In this document: positions 61,486 to 64,000 of the stretch, one piece after another
How the letters are laid out: each line of letters begins with the position of its first letter
How positions within the stretch are numbered: position 1 is the stretch's first letter
Origin: a virus
Lineage: Duplodnaviria; Caudoviricetes
Virus record (IMG/VR): IMGVR_UViG_3300031965_000014
Coordinates: 6,786-70,785 of that record
DNA: 64,000 nt
Reading direction: 5' to 3' (one strand)
Made by a program: the position numbers and the translations under genes
The notes under the pieces: model-generated
Databases searched by the model: none
Told to the model about the DNA's origin: nothing
The model's input: the letters and a program-made list of their open reading frames with translations, nothing else

Positions 61486-63183
61486 ATGAAGAACATCGAC
61501 CTCGGCAAGATCTCGGTTCCCATGGACCAGTACGCCAGCCAGGGGAACGCAATACTTGGCATCCGCGGCTCAGGCAAGACCTATACCGGGACGTACATTG
61601 CGGAGCGGCTGCTCGACGCTGGACTACCGATTACCGTGCTCGACCCGATCGGCATGTGGCGGTTCCTGCGCGTACCCGGCACCGGCAAGGGCTATCCAGT
61701 AGTCGTCGCAGGCGGCGAGCATGGTGACATTCCGCTGCCCGTCCATGCCGCTGCGGAGATCGCGCGCGCGGCAATGCGCGACGGAATCTCGATCGTCTTT
61801 GATCTTTACGATGCCGCGCTCTCGAAACGCCAGTGGCGGGACATCGTGGAAGCCGTGGTGAAGACTATGCTCTACGAGAACAAAGCGCATGGGCTCCGGC
61901 ACGTCTTCATCGAGGAAGCTGCGGAGTTCGTCCCGCAACGGATACGTCCCGATCAAGGTGCGGTCTACGATGTCGTCGAACGCCTGGCCCGCATGGGCGG
62001 TAATGCGCAGCTTGGGCTGACCCTCATCAATCAGCGGGCCGAGGAGGTCAACAAGGCCGTGCTCGATCTTTGCGACCTGCTCGTGCTTCACCGGCAGAAG
62101 GGCAGGAACAGTTTGCTCAATCTCGGCAAGTGGATGGACGTCGCCAGCGTGACGAACGCGGCGAACGTCGCCAAAACCGTGCCAGGGATGGAAAACGGCG
62201 AGGCGTTCGTCTGGCCGGCGGAAAGCGGCGCCCCCGTCCTGACCAAGATCCCGCAGAAGCGCAGTTACCACCCTGACCGCCGGGCCATGCACAAGGCGGT
62301 TGCGGCCGAGGCGAAGCGCGTCGATGTTGGCGCGTTCGTCGAGACCATGAAGGGATCGCTCGACAAACTAACCAAGGAGACCGAAGCGAACGACCCGCGG
62401 CGCCTGCGGATGACGATCGCCGCGCTGCAGCGCGAACTTGCGGCGAAGCCGCCCGCCGGCGCCGATCGGATGGCTGTGGAAAATGCACACAGGAATGGCT
62501 TCATGCTCGGTAAGGATTCCGCGCTACAGCGGTTCCGGGAGATCGGCCCCCTTCTGGATGCATTCGTCGAGGGCGCCGGGAACATCCGAAGCCGCGTGCA
62601 GGCAGCTCTGACGCACAGTCAGCGCGATGTCGTCGCAGCTCCGCATCAGGTCCAGCGCCACCATCCTCCGGTGCCGCAGCCTCGTAAAGCCCTGCAGATG
62701 GCTTCTACAGGCCCCGGCGACGCCTCGCTCGGCAACAGCGGGAAGCGCCGCATGCTGATCGCCCTCGCCCAGAACCAGAACGGCCTGACCTACACGAAGC
62801 TCTCGATCCTTACTGGCATATCGCAGTCGGGTGGCACCTGGCGCACCTACTTGGGAGATCTGCGGGGCCACAATCTCGTAGACCCGGGCGAGCCGGTGCG
62901 TATCACCCAGGCGGGCCTGAAGGCGCTCGGGAACTACGAGCCGCTGCCGACCGGGCAGGCGCTCATCGACTACTGGCGCAGCCGACTCGGGCGCAGCGGC
63001 AAGCGCGCGATCTTCGACGCCGTGCTCGCCGCCTACCCGCGCGGCGTCGCGCAGGAGGACGTGTCGGCGCGCACCGGGATCTCGATGGCCGGCGGGACCT
63101 GGCGCACGTACCTGGGCGAATTGCGCGGGCTCGAGCTCATCGTTGGCCGCGGCGAACTGCGCGCGAGCGAGGAACTTTTCTGA
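61486..63183 (+). CDS. HerA/FtsK-like P-loop ATPase with two C-terminal winged-helix-like repeats (565 aa)
   Basis: GIRGSGKT, VLDPIG, FIEEAAEF.PQ, GR-like RMGG, NQR; repeats SGGTWRTYLGDLR and AGGTWRTYLGELR. Confidence 0.75.
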   Translation: MKNIDLGKISVPMDQYASQGNAILGIRGSGKTYTGTYIAERLLDAGLPITVLDPIGMWRFLRVPGTGKGYPVVVAGGEHGDIPLPVHAAAEIARAAMRDGISIVFDLYDAALSKRQWRDIVEAVVKTMLYENKAHGLRHVFIEEAAEFVPQRIRPDQGAVYDVVERLARMGGNAQLGLTLINQRAEEVNKAVLDLCDLLVLHRQKGRNSLLNLGKWMDVASVTNAANVAKTVPGMENGEAFVWPAESGAPVLTKIPQKRSYHPDRRAMHKAVAAEAKRVDVGAFVETMKGSLDKLTKETEANDPRRLRMTIAALQRELAAKPPAGADRMAVENAHRNGFMLGKDSALQRFREIGPLLDAFVEGAGNIRSRVQAALTHSQRDVVAAPHQVQRHHPPVPQPRKALQMASTGPGDASLGNSGKRRMLIALAQNQNGLTYTKLSILTGISQSGGTWRTYLGDLRGHNLVDPGEPVRITQAGLKALGNYEPLPTGQALIDYWRSRLGRSGKRAIFDAVLAAYPRGVAQEDVSARTGISMAGGTWRTYLGELRGLELIVGRGELRASEELF

Positions 63184-63383
63184 TGGTCGAGCGTGAGATC
63201 CACAAGAGATTCAGCCAGTGCGGTGTAATCAACGCCGTCAAGTTGGTACGAGGGGCCGCGGGCGGCTGGTCCGTACATCTCGTGCTCGACGTCGCCTACC
63301 AGCTCACGGACGGCCGCCAGGTGATCGTCAAGCGCCATATTGGCGTGCGCGCTACGGAGCAGATCGGAAGGAAGCCGGCATGA
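63183..63383 (+). CDS. Hypothetical protein (66 aa)
   Basis: TGATG-coupled. Confidence 0.45.
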   Translation: MVEREIHKRFSQCGVINAVKLVRGAAGGWSVHLVLDVAYQLTDGRQVIVKRHIGVRATEQIGRKPA

Positions 63384-63491
63384 GAATGCGCCCGCCCGCC
63401 TTGGCCCATCCTGGGCATGCGTTATTCCTTGGCGTGGCGGGGGATCCAAACATTCGCGCATTTGCCAACCGAGCGAATTGAGAGGAACAAC

Positions 63492-63752
63492 ATGATCGAC
63501 ATGAACGACCCGAACATGAAAGCGGCCCTCAAACTGACCGAGGACGCGGTGAAAGCGCAGGCGGAGTGCGACCACTACTGGATTCCAAACAGTGGCCGAG
63601 GCGGTGAGCCGGAGTTCAGGCCGAACCGCCAGATGTCTAGCGATCCGCTGATGCACGTCACATGCTCACTGTGCGGCACGCGGACGTGGTTCACCGAGGA
63701 GCAGTGGTGGGCAATCCCGGCGACCGTACCGCCACAGCGCCCCGGTAGGTAA
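63492..63752 (+). CDS. Small Zn-binding hypothetical protein (86 aa)
   Basis: GAGGA SD; C.H..C..CG. Confidence 0.55.
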   Translation: MIDMNDPNMKAALKLTEDAVKAQAECDHYWIPNSGRGGEPEFRPNRQMSSDPLMHVTCSLCGTRTWFTEEQWWAIPATVPPQRPGR

Positions 63753-63920
63753 CACCACGAACATGAGATCAGCAGCCACGCAGGAACGTCCTTTTAATAC
63801 CAACGGGGGCCGTTCGGGGGCGCGTTATAGCGCGAGTAAGAATCCCGACATGGCGACAGGCGAAGCTCCCCGTGTTCTTGCGCTGGCTGCTGTCTTCGGC
63901 ACTGGCGCTGTAGAGGAACG

Positions 63921-64000
63921 ATGAACACCTACGTTTGCTTCGACTCCTGGGCTGGCCGTACGCAGGCTCGCGTGACGGTGCTGAAGGTCTGCGCCAAGCG
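63921..64000 (+). CDS. Partial ORF running off the right edge
   Basis: GAGGA SD then MNTYVCFDSWAGRTQARVTVLKVCAK. Confidence 0.5.
   Translation, partial: MNTYVCFDSWAGRTQARVTVLKVCAK

Noticed and set aside
63765-63924. 53-aa ORF or structured ncRNA in the last intergenic gap
   Set aside because: Atypical codon usage, no SD and no convincing stems; insufficient evidence either way.
1-64000. tRNA/rRNA genes, CRISPR arrays, integrase/att sites, IS elements, stop-codon reassignment
   Set aside because: None recognised by eye; genes end normally at TAG, TAA and TGA. tRNAscan-SE, Infernal and a CRISPR finder would be needed to exclude weak cases.

Overview
The window is most of a GC-rich, temperate, podovirus-type dsDNA phage genome. 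No host chromosomal genes are recognisable. The layout recalls F116/Bcep22-like phages, and the host is probably a diderm proteobacterium (inference). 1-38458 (minus strand) is the late/virion arm. It runs terS, accessory genes, terL, P22-like portal, a cassette of four signal-peptide-bearing fibre/lectin proteins, scaffold, N4-gp56/DUF4043-type major capsid protein, head-tail and tail genes, a lysis cassette, a nozzle-like protein, a GNAT protein, two ejection-type proteins, and a giant (>2700 aa, open at the left edge) DarB-like protein with InPase, N6-adenine MTase and Strawberry-notch-type SF2 helicase domains. 38631-44759 (+) is an early operon of about 20 small ORFs. 44756-51133 (-) is the cro/replication/Dam/nuclease arm. 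51241-64000 (+) holds cI, recombination genes, an SMC/Rad50-like ATPase, YfdQ, an Acb2/Tad1-like protein and a HerA-like ATPase. Three low-GC free-standing HNH genes are scattered through the genome. I found no integrase, tRNA, CRISPR array or reverse transcriptase. Most notable: (1) two genes with their own Shine-Dalgarno (SD) sites overprinted inside linkers of the giant gene; (2) a coupled late cassette of fibre-like proteins that all carry signal peptides; (3) an antisense moron encoding a mini-metzincin lipoprotein; (4) a 17-bp operator repeated at three distant promoter regions, plus a weaker copy upstream of the scaffold gene; (5) a repeated start-associated motif CCAACTGACGA; (6) an Acb2/Tad1-like candidate nucleotide sponge. 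All family names come from motif recognition by eye; no database search was run.
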